From Escherichia phage 241Ecol014PP, in the sequence record OR062943.1: a stretch of DNA of 64,000 bases; one strand, written 5' to 3'. Positions 36,971-47,885 of this stretch are shown here, in pieces. Position 1 is the first letter of the stretch. The number at the start of each line of letters is the position of its first letter. The position numbers and the translations under genes were made by a program. The notes below the pieces were generated by a model that was given only the letters and a program-made list of their open reading frames with translations, made no database searches and was not told where the DNA came from.

Positions 36971-39900
36971 ATGGCTGATATTAAAGTTGTCAGAATTGAA
37001 TCTCTTCCTGCCACTACCGCAGTGACAGAGGATGATTACCTGGTTGTTCAGCAACCAGACCTGACCCGTCGTGTAAAAATTGGCGATGTTGTCCATGTGG
37101 ATGGGACTGTTTCTCATGTAATCTCCTTTAAGGAAGGTGGTAAGTTAAACGGCCCAATGGATTTTGCCTACTTCGAAGAGGAAGACCTCTACCTGCGTTG
37201 GAAAGGCGAATTTCCCCACACTGTTCCTGCACTATCTTCACCGTACTCCGATGGTGGGATTACTGACGCTGCATGGATGGTATATACAGATCCGTCCTTA
37301 AGGGAGGAGCTGGAATCTACCATTGGCGCATCTATGATCATGACAGCCGAAGGGCAGTCTGTCCAGGATGTAATGGATGTTACTGTTCAGACAGCTAACG
37401 ATGCTAAAGCACTTGCACAGCGTGTAGATTTTGGTACAGTGCACACCGTAGGCGATGTTATTCACCTTGATAACTTTGTTGGCCCTGCAGTTATTGAAGA
37501 GGGAAGAACCACCAACTACCCTTCTGTAGCAGCTGGTGAAAAATTTCTGAACGGTGTGGTATCTCGCCGTGATACTACAACTGTTGATGGTATTTTCCGT
37601 GGCGCTACCACCGGAGCCATGTACACCATTGCAGTAACCAACGGTGTAGCAACAACGAAAAGAATAGCACTTCGTGATGAATTTAAACGCCTAGAGGCAA
37701 ACAACCCAACAAGAACAGTTATCCGTGCTGGAGATGATTTAAATACGGCAGGGTACTTGCAGCTTGATGCAACAGGCCGTTGGGGTATGTGGAACCAACA
37801 AACAGCTTCGTGGCAACCTCTTGCTATAGAGCAAGGCGGCACAGGGGCTAGAGATGCCGCTGGAGTCCGTATCAATATCGGTGCTTTCTATAAGCAACGT
37901 GCAGCCCTTGAGCCAAATTTCCATATCAATAACTTGACTGGTAATCAGGATGGTGTATACTACCAGCCGATGACTGCTTATGCAACTGAGGCAAATGGTT
38001 ACCCTGCAGGTTCTGGTGCTGGTCACTTGATTGTTTGGCAGAACAATGCTAACGGCGGTACAGGTTGTCGTCAGGAATACTACCCATTCTCTAACGTAGA
38101 TGTTTGGTATTTGAGAACCTATCAGGCCAACACAAATCAGTGGACTGCATGGCAGCCGATGGTTAGACCTCGTAACGATAATACCTTTAGATCGCACATC
38201 GGTCTTGGGCCTAGAAATACCCCTACCTTCGGGCACATTTACCTGTCTCAAAGTTCTGCTGATGTTAAGTCAGCCTCGGGTATTGTTAACGGGGACAAAT
38301 ACAGCGCTGACGGTGTCCTTGAGCATGGATATAGGATCTATTCTGAGGTAAGAAACGACAATAAGGCTTGGTTGACAATCCACCTGCACAAAGGTGCAAA
38401 AGGATCTGAAACTCATAAATATTTAGGTTTCCGCGAAGACGGCGTATTAGACTGCCCTAAATATATGCAGGTTGGGGATCTTACTGGTCAGCTGACAAAC
38501 TGGGGACTTGGAGAATGGATTCGTAGTTCAGGAGCAGAAAGAGGCTTCTGGGGGTCCAAGAAAGCCGCCAAGATGGTTATCTGGGATGGTGGGATGGACG
38601 AATCCGGTAACGGCACTCTGGAATGGGGTGTTTATAACAACCGGAAGGCCAAGTGGGAACCTCTACCTCAAGCCGCAGGTGGCACTGGGGCTACAACTTT
38701 AGCAGATGCTCAGAATCTGTTCAAAGTTCCTATAGCAGCAGGTGTAAAAGACTTCTTAACACTGCCAAGAACCGCAGGGATGGAAGATGGGAAATACTAC
38801 CCAATCATCGTTAGAACAGATCCGTATTACTCCCCTGCGACAGGTGCAGATATTACTATAGTCACCAGGTCTTCATATGGAGATGACCCTATGAACTGTG
38901 CCACCCTGCAGTGTCACTATAGAACTGGCGGCTGGTCGGACAGGGGAGACTCTTTCTACGGGGTAGTAAATTTCTACCAGAATGAAAAAGCACTTCTTGG
39001 GATGGTTGCTCCAACAAGGGGTAAACAAGAGTATGTTGCTTTCTATGCAGAGGCTCGTGCTTTCCCTGTCAGCATATACGCAAGTAGAAATGTTGTCGAA
39101 GTGTTTACCAGAGAGCAAGATTATCAAGTCGGCTCTGTAACAAACAATCAGGATGGGGTTAAGTTCGTTGCACCTCTTCAATCAGCAGATTTGAATCTTG
39201 CTATTCTTGGAGATAACAACACCAATACCAGACCTATTGTTGACTTCAAAGGTACTTCAGGATTCTACACTGGTGGCGGCACACAGTGGCACTATATAGG
39301 TTCTGCTGAACGCTATGCTGTGATGAGCAAAATGAATATGCCAAAAGTCGAGCTATGGGCAGACGGTCTTGACTATTTGTGCTACGGCAGTCCTAGAAAG
39401 GCGTTATTCTCTAATGCAGGATTCCAGTGTGCATCGGAAGGAACAGAGGATCTGATCAACAACACCTTTACCTCTAAATGTGGTAATGGTGCAAGACTGC
39501 AAGGCCAGGCAGAGTTCAGATCTACTCCGGAAGCTGGTCAAGTTATCGTTCGCGATGTTGTAGGTACAGCTCATAAGTTCTACAATTTCAACAAAGACGG
39601 CACATTTTTCCCTCCTGGGGGCTATGTTTGCCAGACAGGTGCTGACTGGAACAATCAGTTTGGTAATACAAACCCCTCCAAGATAATGGCTGGCAATGTC
39701 AACGGGCCGGAAGGTTCGATGGTTGTTGGCGGGGTGTCTGTAGCATTTTCTGGGAACTATGCTTTCCAAATGGCTGGCCGCCTTGATCAGTTATACACCA
39801 GATCTATCGAGGGTGGTAACCATAGAGCGTGGAACAAGGTCATACAACACAGAGGGCAAGGTCTGGGGATTAATGACCTTAACGACTACAAAGGGGATAG

Positions 39901-40771
39901 GGAAGGTTTTTATCATCAGGAGGCCAATGCTCAAGCCACACCCGATAGAAACTACCCATGCTCCCGGGCAGGTACGCTTATCGTGTACAGGAACTACGCC
40001 AATGTTCCAGAGAGTTGCGTACAGGAGTATATATCATATCTTGGGGAAAAATTCCTGCGTTATGGAACAACAATAGGTAGTGTTTTCACATGGGGACCTT
40101 GGCAGCAGCTTGGTGGTAAGGGAATTACTCTTAAAACCGCAGGTTCCAATCTTGACCCAGAGTTCATGATACATACAGGTGGTGGGACCGATGTTACCAA
40201 CACTTCCAACATGCCTTCTAATACAGGCAGAATGTACTACTGGGGTAATGGCGCAGACAGGAAGAACGTGCTTGAGTTTCAGATAAACGACAACGCTACA
40301 TCTGCCAGTTGGGTATGGCATTGTGGTGCTAAGACAGATGAGGCCAAGTCAAGGTACTTTGCTGTCAACGGCGTAGTAGAGTGCACCGCTGTCAGCCAGA
40401 GCTCTGACCGTGACCTGAAGGATAACATAGAGGTTATTCCTAACGCGTTGGAAGCTATCCGTAAGATGAAAGGCTATACCTACACTCTAAAAGAGAATGG
40501 TATGCCTCACGCGGGGGTAATTGCTCAAGAGGTTATGGAAGCATTACCTGAAGCGGTTGGTTCTTTCGTGAAAAGGAAAGAGGTTCCTGGTCCTACTCAA
40601 GATGGTATTCCTCTGATGACCGAGGAAAGATTCTATAATGTTGACTATGCGGCTGTAACAGGATTGCTTGTTCAGGTTTGCAGAGAACAAGATGATAAAA
40701 TAACCGCCCTTGAGGAGCAGGTTAAAAAATTGACAGAGGTTGTTACTGGGTTGCAAGAGAAACTGAAGTAA
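36971..40771 (+). CDS. tail fibre with C-terminal intramolecular chaperone (peptidase S74-like) domain
   Basis: C-terminus SDRDLKDNIEVIPNALEAIRKMKGYTYTL...GVIAQEV..ALPEAV then coiled-coil, which I recognise as the auto-cleaving chaperone domain of fibres and tailspikes. Confidence 0.6.
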   Translation: MADIKVVRIESLPATTAVTEDDYLVVQQPDLTRRVKIGDVVHVDGTVSHVISFKEGGKLNGPMDFAYFEEEDLYLRWKGEFPHTVPALSSPYSDGGITDAAWMVYTDPSLREELESTIGASMIMTAEGQSVQDVMDVTVQTANDAKALAQRVDFGTVHTVGDVIHLDNFVGPAVIEEGRTTNYPSVAAGEKFLNGVVSRRDTTTVDGIFRGATTGAMYTIAVTNGVATTKRIALRDEFKRLEANNPTRTVIRAGDDLNTAGYLQLDATGRWGMWNQQTASWQPLAIEQGGTGARDAAGVRINIGAFYKQRAALEPNFHINNLTGNQDGVYYQPMTAYATEANGYPAGSGAGHLIVWQNNANGGTGCRQEYYPFSNVDVWYLRTYQANTNQWTAWQPMVRPRNDNTFRSHIGLGPRNTPTFGHIYLSQSSADVKSASGIVNGDKYSADGVLEHGYRIYSEVRNDNKAWLTIHLHKGAKGSETHKYLGFREDGVLDCPKYMQVGDLTGQLTNWGLGEWIRSSGAERGFWGSKKAAKMVIWDGGMDESGNGTLEWGVYNNRKAKWEPLPQAAGGTGATTLADAQNLFKVPIAAGVKDFLTLPRTAGMEDGKYYPIIVRTDPYYSPATGADITIVTRSSYGDDPMNCATLQCHYRTGGWSDRGDSFYGVVNFYQNEKALLGMVAPTRGKQEYVAFYAEARAFPVSIYASRNVVEVFTREQDYQVGSVTNNQDGVKFVAPLQSADLNLAILGDNNTNTRPIVDFKGTSGFYTGGGTQWHYIGSAERYAVMSKMNMPKVELWADGLDYLCYGSPRKALFSNAGFQCASEGTEDLINNTFTSKCGNGARLQGQAEFRSTPEAGQVIVRDVVGTAHKFYNFNKDGTFFPPGGYVCQTGADWNNQFGNTNPSKIMAGNVNGPEGSMVVGGVSVAFSGNYAFQMAGRLDQLYTRSIEGGNHRAWNKVIQHRGQGLGINDLNDYKGDREGFYHQEANAQATPDRNYPCSRAGTLIVYRNYANVPESCVQEYISYLGEKFLRYGTTIGSVFTWGPWQQLGGKGITLKTAGSNLDPEFMIHTGGGTDVTNTSNMPSNTGRMYYWGNGADRKNVLEFQINDNATSASWVWHCGAKTDEAKSRYFAVNGVVECTAVSQSSDRDLKDNIEVIPNALEAIRKMKGYTYTLKENGMPHAGVIAQEVMEALPEAVGSFVKRKEVPGPTQDGIPLMTEERFYNVDYAAVTGLLVQVCREQDDKITALEEQVKKLTEVVTGLQEKLK

Positions 40772-40776
40772 CTGTT

Positions 40777-40806
40777 TTGCCCTCGCTTCGGCGGGGGCTT
40801 TTTGTT
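40777..40806 (+). terminator. intrinsic terminator
   Basis: GCCCTCGC-ttcg-GCGGGGGC hairpin plus TTTTTG. Confidence 0.65.
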
Positions 40807-40809
40807 TGT

Positions 40810-40838
40810 ATTGCGTATTAACTCAAAATCTGGTAAAA
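40810..40838 (+). promoter_or_regulatory. sigma70-like promoter TTGCGT-17-TAAAAT
   Basis: -35 40810-40815, -10 40833-40838. Confidence 0.45.
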
Positions 40839-40870
40839 TAGCTATCATGATTGTTTAACCTGGAGGCACA

Positions 40871-41461
40871 ATGTTTTTATGGGAAAGGCCTAGATACCTT
40901 CCAGATATCAGATTGGAGCTGCTGGCAGATATTGTTACGTTTAAAAGTCCGTTTACAGGTAAAACGCAAAAAGTAACCTATGCCACACCTAACTGGAAAG
41001 GCACTTTGACGGTTTCCAATATCAGCGAGTCACAGTTGCTAGAGCTTAAGAGCTTTGTTGATCAGGTGTATAAAGATGGAAACATCTTTCTTATTAAAAC
41101 TTACGGTCACTCAGTAACAGCTAATGAGCCAATCGCCCTTGGGCCTACTGGTAACGACGATTTTTTGAAGACGGTTGGGTGGGAGCCAAACAGAGACATA
41201 GCCAGAGCTGGGGATAAAATATCTGTCAATGATGAATTGAAAGTGGTAACAGCTCCAGTGCGTAGCGATGGTGTTGGGTCTGCTGTTATAAGCATATCTC
41301 CAAGACTTAGAAAACCTATTGCCGCAGGGGACACTATGAAGATAATAACTCAATCCCCGAAGGGTAGGTTTCATATCAGAGATATTTATAAAATTAAGCA
41401 AAAAGTCGATGCTATGCAAAAAGGTGATAATATAGTTATCAACTTCTTTGAGGATTTCTAA
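40871..41461 (+). CDS. minor tail protein (unassigned)
   Basis: First gene of the tip block ending in the J-like gene. Confidence 0.3.
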   Translation: MFLWERPRYLPDIRLELLADIVTFKSPFTGKTQKVTYATPNWKGTLTVSNISESQLLELKSFVDQVYKDGNIFLIKTYGHSVTANEPIALGPTGNDDFLKTVGWEPNRDIARAGDKISVNDELKVVTAPVRSDGVGSAVISISPRLRKPIAAGDTMKIITQSPKGRFHIRDIYKIKQKVDAMQKGDNIVINFFEDF

Positions 41462-41462
41462 G

Positions 41463-42014
41463 ATGATCAGAGCGCCATTAGATAATTTATTTCTTGAAAA
41501 GCTGGAGCTTGATGGTGTTGAGATCTTAATTGCTGCAAAGCTGGAGCTACCGACAGGAACTGTCAGGGTGTGCTCAGGCACTGGTGTTGTAGTAATTGAG
41601 GGGCAACATTTTATAGGGATAGGTGGATCAGCAACGTTAACTGCTGTGTCTGAGAAAGATGCCACCAACTTCGGATCTGTGGTAGCGACATTGAACGGGT
41701 TTGATCCTAAGTATGTGGGTGATCTTCTGAAGACGGAGTATTCTGGTTGTCGTGCCGCGTTGTACATTACCGCTATGGAGAATGGCTTGCCTGTTACAAC
41801 TAATGGCTTGTTTGACGGACTTATAACAGATATGGCTATTCAGACAGGTGAGAATAGTGCTTTGTCCATATCAATCTCTTCCATCTTCAACAGTTGGTTA
41901 AGAGGTTTTCCTTATCGGTACACGGAGGAAAGTCACAGCTCAAGAAACGATAATGACAGATTTTTTAAATATGTGGATCAGGTGGCGAGCCGCCCGATCA
42001 TTTGGGAGGTTTAA
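41463..42014 (+). CDS. minor tail protein (unassigned)
   Basis: ATG 41463 after GAGGA; overlaps the next gene by TAATG. Confidence 0.3.
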   Translation: MIRAPLDNLFLEKLELDGVEILIAAKLELPTGTVRVCSGTGVVVIEGQHFIGIGGSATLTAVSEKDATNFGSVVATLNGFDPKYVGDLLKTEYSGCRAALYITAMENGLPVTTNGLFDGLITDMAIQTGENSALSISISSIFNSWLRGFPYRYTEESHSSRNDNDRFFKYVDQVASRPIIWEV

Positions 42015-42439
42015 TGAGCACACATCCTCGTCTAGTGGACTGGCAAGAAAGATTGTGGAAAGTATTTGACGAAGAGGCCACCATACCTTTTGAATGGGGA
42101 TTTCACGATTGTTGCACCTTTGCAGCCAAGTGTGTTGATGCCCAATACGGAACAGATTTTCTTTCTAACTTCGAAGGAACGTATAAAACAGAGTTGGAAA
42201 GCAAAAGATGGTGCATGCTTCATTTCAAAACCACACACCTGCCTACTATTTTTGATTTCTTTATGACTCGACTGGATACTCCTAAACAGGTTCAGCGTGG
42301 AGATATTGTCATTTTCGAAGGTCTGAACGGGCTCACCGCTGGTGTGTTCTGGAACAACCAGATTTGGGCTAAAGGTGATAAAGGGGTCTTTATGTTCGAC
42401 ATGAAAGATTCTATCGTTGTTGATGTCTGGAGGTATTAA
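42014..42439 (+). CDS. NlpC/P60-like cysteine peptidase domain tail protein (lambda K-like)
   Basis: WGFHDCCTF (candidate catalytic Cys) and GDIVIFEG (GD[IL]VFF-like) motifs; sits directly before the J-like gene. Confidence 0.45.
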   Translation: MSTHPRLVDWQERLWKVFDEEATIPFEWGFHDCCTFAAKCVDAQYGTDFLSNFEGTYKTELESKRWCMLHFKTTHLPTIFDFFMTRLDTPKQVQRGDIVIFEGLNGLTAGVFWNNQIWAKGDKGVFMFDMKDSIVVDVWRY

Positions 42440-45400
42440 TGCCAATTGCAATGATTGATAACATCGTTGCTTCTGCAAGATCTTCAAGTTATGACTGGAA
42501 CGCATCCAAGGCAGCTCTGGCTGACAGCCTGAACACTGTTACCACCAGAACTCTGGATAAGATTTTTGAGGGCAACAAATCTTACAGAAGTCAGCAAGAT
42601 AGACAAAAGCTTCTCAGATCTTCTGCTGCACCTTGCTCTGTAGTGTATGGGAAGACACGCACATCCGGATTGCTTGCGTTTTTGGAGCAGGATAGCGACA
42701 GAACCCTCCATTGTGCTATTGTTCTTGCTAATCATCCTCTGGAAGGTATAGAAGACATACTCATCGACGGTAATCCTATTTCCTCGTATGGAGATCTGGT
42801 ATCGTGGGAGCTACATAACGACAGAAAAACATCTGATCCTTTCATGGGTACACACTGCCCATCATGGTCACCTGACATGATAGGTAGAGGGATTAGTTGG
42901 CTACGTGCCAGTTTCAAGTTTGACCCTAACAAGTTTCCTTTTGGGTTGCCAAACGTTACACTCGTTAAGGTTGGTAAAAAATGCTATGATCCTCGTATCA
43001 GTAAAGAGGTGTACACCAATAACGCAGCCTTGGTGATCCTAGACTATTTAAGAACGTACCTTAAATGTCCTGACGAAACCATCAACTGGGAGTCCTTTAA
43101 GGAGGCTGCCAACATATGCGACGAAGCGGTAAAAAACGCTGACGGAACCAGTGAGCGACGTTACACCATTAACGGTGAGTTCGACATGGATGAGGCTCCA
43201 GCAAGTATTATGGCAGAAATGTTGAAAGCTTGTGGTGCAGATCTCAGTTATGTAGCTGGTAAGTATGGTTTGCTGGTTGGTGCATACTATGGCCCGGCAA
43301 CAATGACACTGAGTGAGGACTGTGTCTGCGGTGAGGTCAAGATCTATCCGGAAGCCTCGTTTGACAAAAGATCCAACACAATAACTGGCAGATTCACTAG
43401 TCCGACCAAAGGGTATTCTGAAACAGATTTTCCATCAGTGTTTGTCCCAGAGTGGATAGAGAAGGATGGAGAAAGAAAGATAATCGATATAGACTATCGC
43501 TTTGTTACCAGCCCTTATCAAGCTCAGCGTGTTTCTGCAATCTTCTTAAGACGTGCTAGAGCTGGCAGGATTATTGAAGTCACCTGCAATATGCGAGGTT
43601 TTAAATTTAAGCCTGGTCGTTATGTTACAATGGACCTCCCAAGTATTGGTATAGTGGGCCAAGAAATGAGGGTTCTTGAATGGGAGTTCACCAAAAAGGG
43701 CGGTGTCAAGGTAAAACTTCGTCAAGATGCTAAAGAGTGGAATGATGCCACAGGGCAACTTCCGGATTCCGGTGATGTAGATATTCCGATATCCCCGTCC
43801 GGTGTAGCTCAGCCGCAAAACTTCAGATACTCCGTTCTCCAAGCTGGGGAAGTAACTCACGGTGTTTTGGCTTGGGACAACGTTGGGACTTACGCTCAAA
43901 ATATTGTGCAAGTAAGAAAGAACGGAGAGATTGTTTGGACAGCACAGACAGTTGAGCAGTTTGTCAGAGTAGAAGGTTTGACCAAAGGGTCATACACAGC
44001 AACCGTGGTTGCAACATCTTATAAAGGTGGTGTATCTCCAGAAGCGTACTGTGAGTTTAACATTCAGGCACCTGAAGCTCCGGTTTCTGTAGAGGTTAAG
44101 CAAGGATACTTTGCTATCACCTTGATTCCGCATAGTAGGGATTTAGCAAGTGTTAGCACCCAGTATGACTTTTGGACATCTGGTATGACAAGGTTGCCCG
44201 ACACCAGTGATGCAACCGTTACTTCAAACGCCACCCGTATGGGTGTTGGTTCAACTTGGACATCTGAAGGCCTGCAGAACGATAAGGTTTATTATTGGTA
44301 TATTCGAACCACAAACGCTTTTGGTAGTTCTCAGTTTGTAGAATGCGCTGCACGTTGCTACACCTCTATTGAGGATTTGATGCCTCAGATAGATGCTGAA
44401 TTCAAAAAGACAGAAACTTATAAAGAGTTGATGAGCACTTTGGATTCCTCTATTGAAGAGGTTGAAAATCGTGTCACAGAACTTAACAGGTACATGGATG
44501 GTAGGGTAGATGAAGCGTTCCAGCAACTTGGGGACAGAATAGGTGCGGTAGTTACAGAAACAACTCAGAAGTTTGAAGATGTCAATGGTAACATTACAGC
44601 GCTGGATAGGAAACTTGTTGCTGCACAGAACAAGTTCACCAACGATCTGAACACTGAAAGTGGAAGATTGGCATCCCTGATTGAGACAACCAATAAAGCA
44701 ACTACTGATCTTCTGAACAAAAAGACAGAGGCTTTAGATGAGAAATTGGTTGCCGCCAAAGGTGAGCTGGTAGAGCAGATAGAGGGAGTTGAGAGCGGGT
44801 ATTTAGCCGGAGATAAAACTCTGGATGGTAAGATCAATACCCAGAGAACAGAACTTGACGCAAGCATCTTGAGCACTAACCAGGCCACTGTGGATCTTTT
44901 GAACAGGACATCTGAAACTCTGGATCAAAAGATCAGTCAGACAAACGCGACGGTATCTAAAAACTATACCACCCTGGATGGCAAGATAACCACCGCAAAA
45001 ACTGACCTCAACACCTTGATTGCCAATACCAACAAGACCACCACTGACTTGTTGAATCAGAAAACATCTGCACTGTCAGAGCAAATAACTTCTGCACGTG
45101 GGGAGATCTCTACCAACAAGCAAGCGATTGATGCTTTGGATGGAAAACTGACCTCCACAAAAACAGCGCTGGATGCTACAATTTCCGATACCAACAAGGC
45201 CACTGTGGACCTTATCAACGGCACAGCGTCAGCTATTCGTCAAGAACTTGCTGTTGCTAAGCAGGAGATCATTGATGATGTTGGAGATGTGTCCGAGATC
45301 AGGGCTGCAGTAGCTACAACATCTAAGGCTGTGACCGACTTAGAGGGTAAAGTAAATGCTCAGTGGGGCACAAAAATACAGGTAGACTCCGCAGGGAATA

Positions 45401-46278
45401 AATATGTTGCAGGTATCCAGTTGGGGATGGAAGGGTCTGGGGGCCAAGTTCAATCCTACTTCATGGTTAGTGCAAACAATTTTGCGGTATACAACCCCGG
45501 CAATGGAACAGCAACCCTTGCTTTCGCAATCAAGAACAACCAAGCATTCTTGAAAGACGCTTTTATAGAGAATGGCACGATCTCCTCTGCCAAGATCGCA
45601 CAAGAAATTTCGTCAAACAACTACGATGGCAACGGGTACCATAAATACGGTTGGTATATTAACAAGAACGGGCACGCCCAATTTATGGATGTGTGGGTGA
45701 AAGGCAACATCAACGCTAGTTCTGGTAACTTCACAGGGGCAGTTAACGCCACTAGTGGTACCTTCCGTGGAGATGTTTATGCCAATAATGGTAGCTTCAG
45801 GGGCACCATAGATGCAACCGGAGGTACCTTCCGTGGGCGTGTAGAAGCTTCTGTTATTCGTGCCAACCAGTTTGAAGGTGCAATTGTTGCACACAGGACT
45901 TACGGGGATTGTGCACCAGTATACAACTCCCGGCAGAGGGTTTGCCGTTGGAGGTGGAGATACGTAGATAACGTTTCAGGTCAGGGTAAGAACGTAACAT
46001 TCTTCTTTAAACTGAACGGTACTCGTGCCAACTCCCAACTAAATGCGTGGATAGCTGGTCATCAACTCCTTGCTGGCAAGAAGTACGGAAACGACAACGA
46101 TGGCATGTGTGCAGTTGGGATAACAGGTCTAGGTGAACAAACTATAGACATTATTATTGAAATCTACACCCCGTGGTCAACGTCAAACGTGACAGGTATT
46201 ACAATATCCTGTCCTACTGTGGTTGTTAGTCGTTCTAACTCCAGCTTCCAGGGACCTTGGAACGAGTCTCACGACTAA
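42439..46278 (+). CDS. central tail fibre / host specificity protein (lambda J-like)
   Basis: Several blocks match lambda J as I recall it: NAALVILDYL, F.I.AP.AP...E...GYF.IT..PH, YY.YIR..N..G.S.FVE, W..KI.....G..YVAGI.L.ME. Central part has repetitive coiled-coil (..TDLLN.KT..L..K..). Confidence 0.75.
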   Translation: MPIAMIDNIVASARSSSYDWNASKAALADSLNTVTTRTLDKIFEGNKSYRSQQDRQKLLRSSAAPCSVVYGKTRTSGLLAFLEQDSDRTLHCAIVLANHPLEGIEDILIDGNPISSYGDLVSWELHNDRKTSDPFMGTHCPSWSPDMIGRGISWLRASFKFDPNKFPFGLPNVTLVKVGKKCYDPRISKEVYTNNAALVILDYLRTYLKCPDETINWESFKEAANICDEAVKNADGTSERRYTINGEFDMDEAPASIMAEMLKACGADLSYVAGKYGLLVGAYYGPATMTLSEDCVCGEVKIYPEASFDKRSNTITGRFTSPTKGYSETDFPSVFVPEWIEKDGERKIIDIDYRFVTSPYQAQRVSAIFLRRARAGRIIEVTCNMRGFKFKPGRYVTMDLPSIGIVGQEMRVLEWEFTKKGGVKVKLRQDAKEWNDATGQLPDSGDVDIPISPSGVAQPQNFRYSVLQAGEVTHGVLAWDNVGTYAQNIVQVRKNGEIVWTAQTVEQFVRVEGLTKGSYTATVVATSYKGGVSPEAYCEFNIQAPEAPVSVEVKQGYFAITLIPHSRDLASVSTQYDFWTSGMTRLPDTSDATVTSNATRMGVGSTWTSEGLQNDKVYYWYIRTTNAFGSSQFVECAARCYTSIEDLMPQIDAEFKKTETYKELMSTLDSSIEEVENRVTELNRYMDGRVDEAFQQLGDRIGAVVTETTQKFEDVNGNITALDRKLVAAQNKFTNDLNTESGRLASLIETTNKATTDLLNKKTEALDEKLVAAKGELVEQIEGVESGYLAGDKTLDGKINTQRTELDASILSTNQATVDLLNRTSETLDQKISQTNATVSKNYTTLDGKITTAKTDLNTLIANTNKTTTDLLNQKTSALSEQITSARGEISTNKQAIDALDGKLTSTKTALDATISDTNKATVDLINGTASAIRQELAVAKQEIIDDVGDVSEIRAAVATTSKAVTDLEGKVNAQWGTKIQVDSAGNKYVAGIQLGMEGSGGQVQSYFMVSANNFAVYNPGNGTATLAFAIKNNQAFLKDAFIENGTISSAKIAQEISSNNYDGNGYHKYGWYINKNGHAQFMDVWVKGNINASSGNFTGAVNATSGTFRGDVYANNGSFRGTIDATGGTFRGRVEASVIRANQFEGAIVAHRTYGDCAPVYNSRQRVCRWRWRYVDNVSGQGKNVTFFFKLNGTRANSQLNAWIAGHQLLAGKKYGNDNDGMCAVGITGLGEQTIDIIIEIYTPWSTSNVTGITISCPTVVVSRSNSSFQGPWNESHD

Positions 46279-46284
46279 CCTTTA

Positions 46285-46312
46285 AAGCCCCGCTTCGGCG
46301 GGGTTTATTTTT
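46285..46312 (+). terminator. intrinsic terminator
   Basis: GCCCCGC-ttcg-GCGGGG hairpin plus TTTATTTTT. Confidence 0.7.
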
Positions 46313-46321
46313 ATGCTCAGA

Positions 46322-46350
46322 TTGACTATTGTTACAAAATTTGGTAAAAT
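46322..46350 (+). promoter_or_regulatory. sigma70-like promoter TTGACT-17-TAAAAT
   Basis: TGg-extended -10 at 46345-46350. Confidence 0.5.
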
Positions 46351-46383
46351 ACCTTGTAGAGATTTTCATACCGGAGGAGTGAC

Positions 46384-47874
46384 GTGGCTAAGTATGGATT
46401 GACAGAGGCTGGTTTCGTTATACCAACCCTAAATGACCTAATCGTTGAAACTAAGCAAAGCCTGATCCGTGCTTTTGGCGAAAACTTCAACGTACAGAGT
46501 AACTCCGTTGCAGATAAGCTGACCACTATCTTCAACGAGCGAGAGTATCAACTTATTCTTATGGCAGCATCTGTATACGCATCACAGACGCTGTATGGGG
46601 CAGAAGGTATTTACCTAGATGAGCTTCTTGGAAGACAGGGTATTTACCGAAGAGGCCGTTCTAAATCATCAGGTACCTGCCAGTTGACAATCAACACAAC
46701 TGTGCCGTACAATATGATTTATGATTCCAAAACTTATACGCTGGACAGTGGCAACTTTGTTCTTAGTAATGATGTGCAAGTAGCAGGGAATCTTATTGCT
46801 CACAGAATAAATGCTCCAGACCTAAGGATTGGGAAATACAACTTCCAAATTACCAACCAAACAGACGGAAGTATCAAAACAAAAAGCCTGGTTTTAACAG
46901 ATAAGTCTCTGGACTCTTCTGATTTGCCAAGCTTTTACGGAGAGATTAAGCAATTCATTGTCGATAATACAACCCTGTTGAACGACGATTTGATTCAGAT
47001 CGATATGTTGACAGGAACGTTGTGGATAGGGTACAATTCGAATCTTGATCAAGTTGGGCTTAACAGCAGGGTAGATTTCAGAGTATCCCCGATTGTAGGG
47101 GAAAGAACTATCACACTGGATGTTATCGCTAACGAGGCTGGTGAGCTGTCAAGAGAGGCAGAAACCGTGACAACAATGTCACCTACTCCCAGTGGATTCA
47201 TCAAGCTTACCAACCGAGAAAGATTCAATGAGGGCAGGGATGTTGAGAAAGACTCAGAGTATCGCTTAAGAGCTTCCAGCACAAAACAGTTAACATCTAA
47301 GGCTACCCGTCCTGCAATCCTTAGCGCTGTAAGCGAGGTGAAAGGTGTTGAGAAAGTGAGAGTGTTCTCCAACAACACCGATAAAACTGATGCTAAAGGT
47401 ATACCTCCTTACAAGTTCCAAGTGGTTGTGTTTGGTGGTGCAACGGAGGACATTTGCCAAGCACTTTACCAAACTATAGCCTGTACGAACAGGACTTATG
47501 GTAATATTTTCTACGATGTAACTACATCTGACGGTCAAACTGAAAGAATTTATTACTCCAAGGCAAATACCTACCGCCTAGATGTAAGAATTACCTACTC
47601 CGGTGCCGCACTTTCCACAACAGAAAAAGATGCCATTGTAGAGGCTCTTTTGCAGGTTGTTAACGGACTGGATGTTGCAGATACGTTGTATAATATCCAA
47701 TTGGTCGGTGCTGCATCTGCTGCTGTGTCAATAGGCAGATTTAATAGACTGGTAATTCAAGTTAAGCCAGTAGGAGCTTCTGATGAAGCTTACACTACAA
47801 ACGATATTGTTGCGAACATGACCGAGGTGTTTGACCTCGACGAAAGTAATATAACTTTCCAACAAACTATTTAA
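46384..47874 (+). CDS. tail/baseplate protein (496 aa, unassigned)
   Basis: GTG start after GGAGGAG. Confidence 0.35.
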   Translation: MAKYGLTEAGFVIPTLNDLIVETKQSLIRAFGENFNVQSNSVADKLTTIFNEREYQLILMAASVYASQTLYGAEGIYLDELLGRQGIYRRGRSKSSGTCQLTINTTVPYNMIYDSKTYTLDSGNFVLSNDVQVAGNLIAHRINAPDLRIGKYNFQITNQTDGSIKTKSLVLTDKSLDSSDLPSFYGEIKQFIVDNTTLLNDDLIQIDMLTGTLWIGYNSNLDQVGLNSRVDFRVSPIVGERTITLDVIANEAGELSREAETVTTMSPTPSGFIKLTNRERFNEGRDVEKDSEYRLRASSTKQLTSKATRPAILSAVSEVKGVEKVRVFSNNTDKTDAKGIPPYKFQVVVFGGATEDICQALYQTIACTNRTYGNIFYDVTTSDGQTERIYYSKANTYRLDVRITYSGAALSTTEKDAIVEALLQVVNGLDVADTLYNIQLVGAASAAVSIGRFNRLVIQVKPVGASDEAYTTNDIVANMTEVFDLDESNITFQQTI

Positions 47875-47885
47875 GGCGGCGAGAT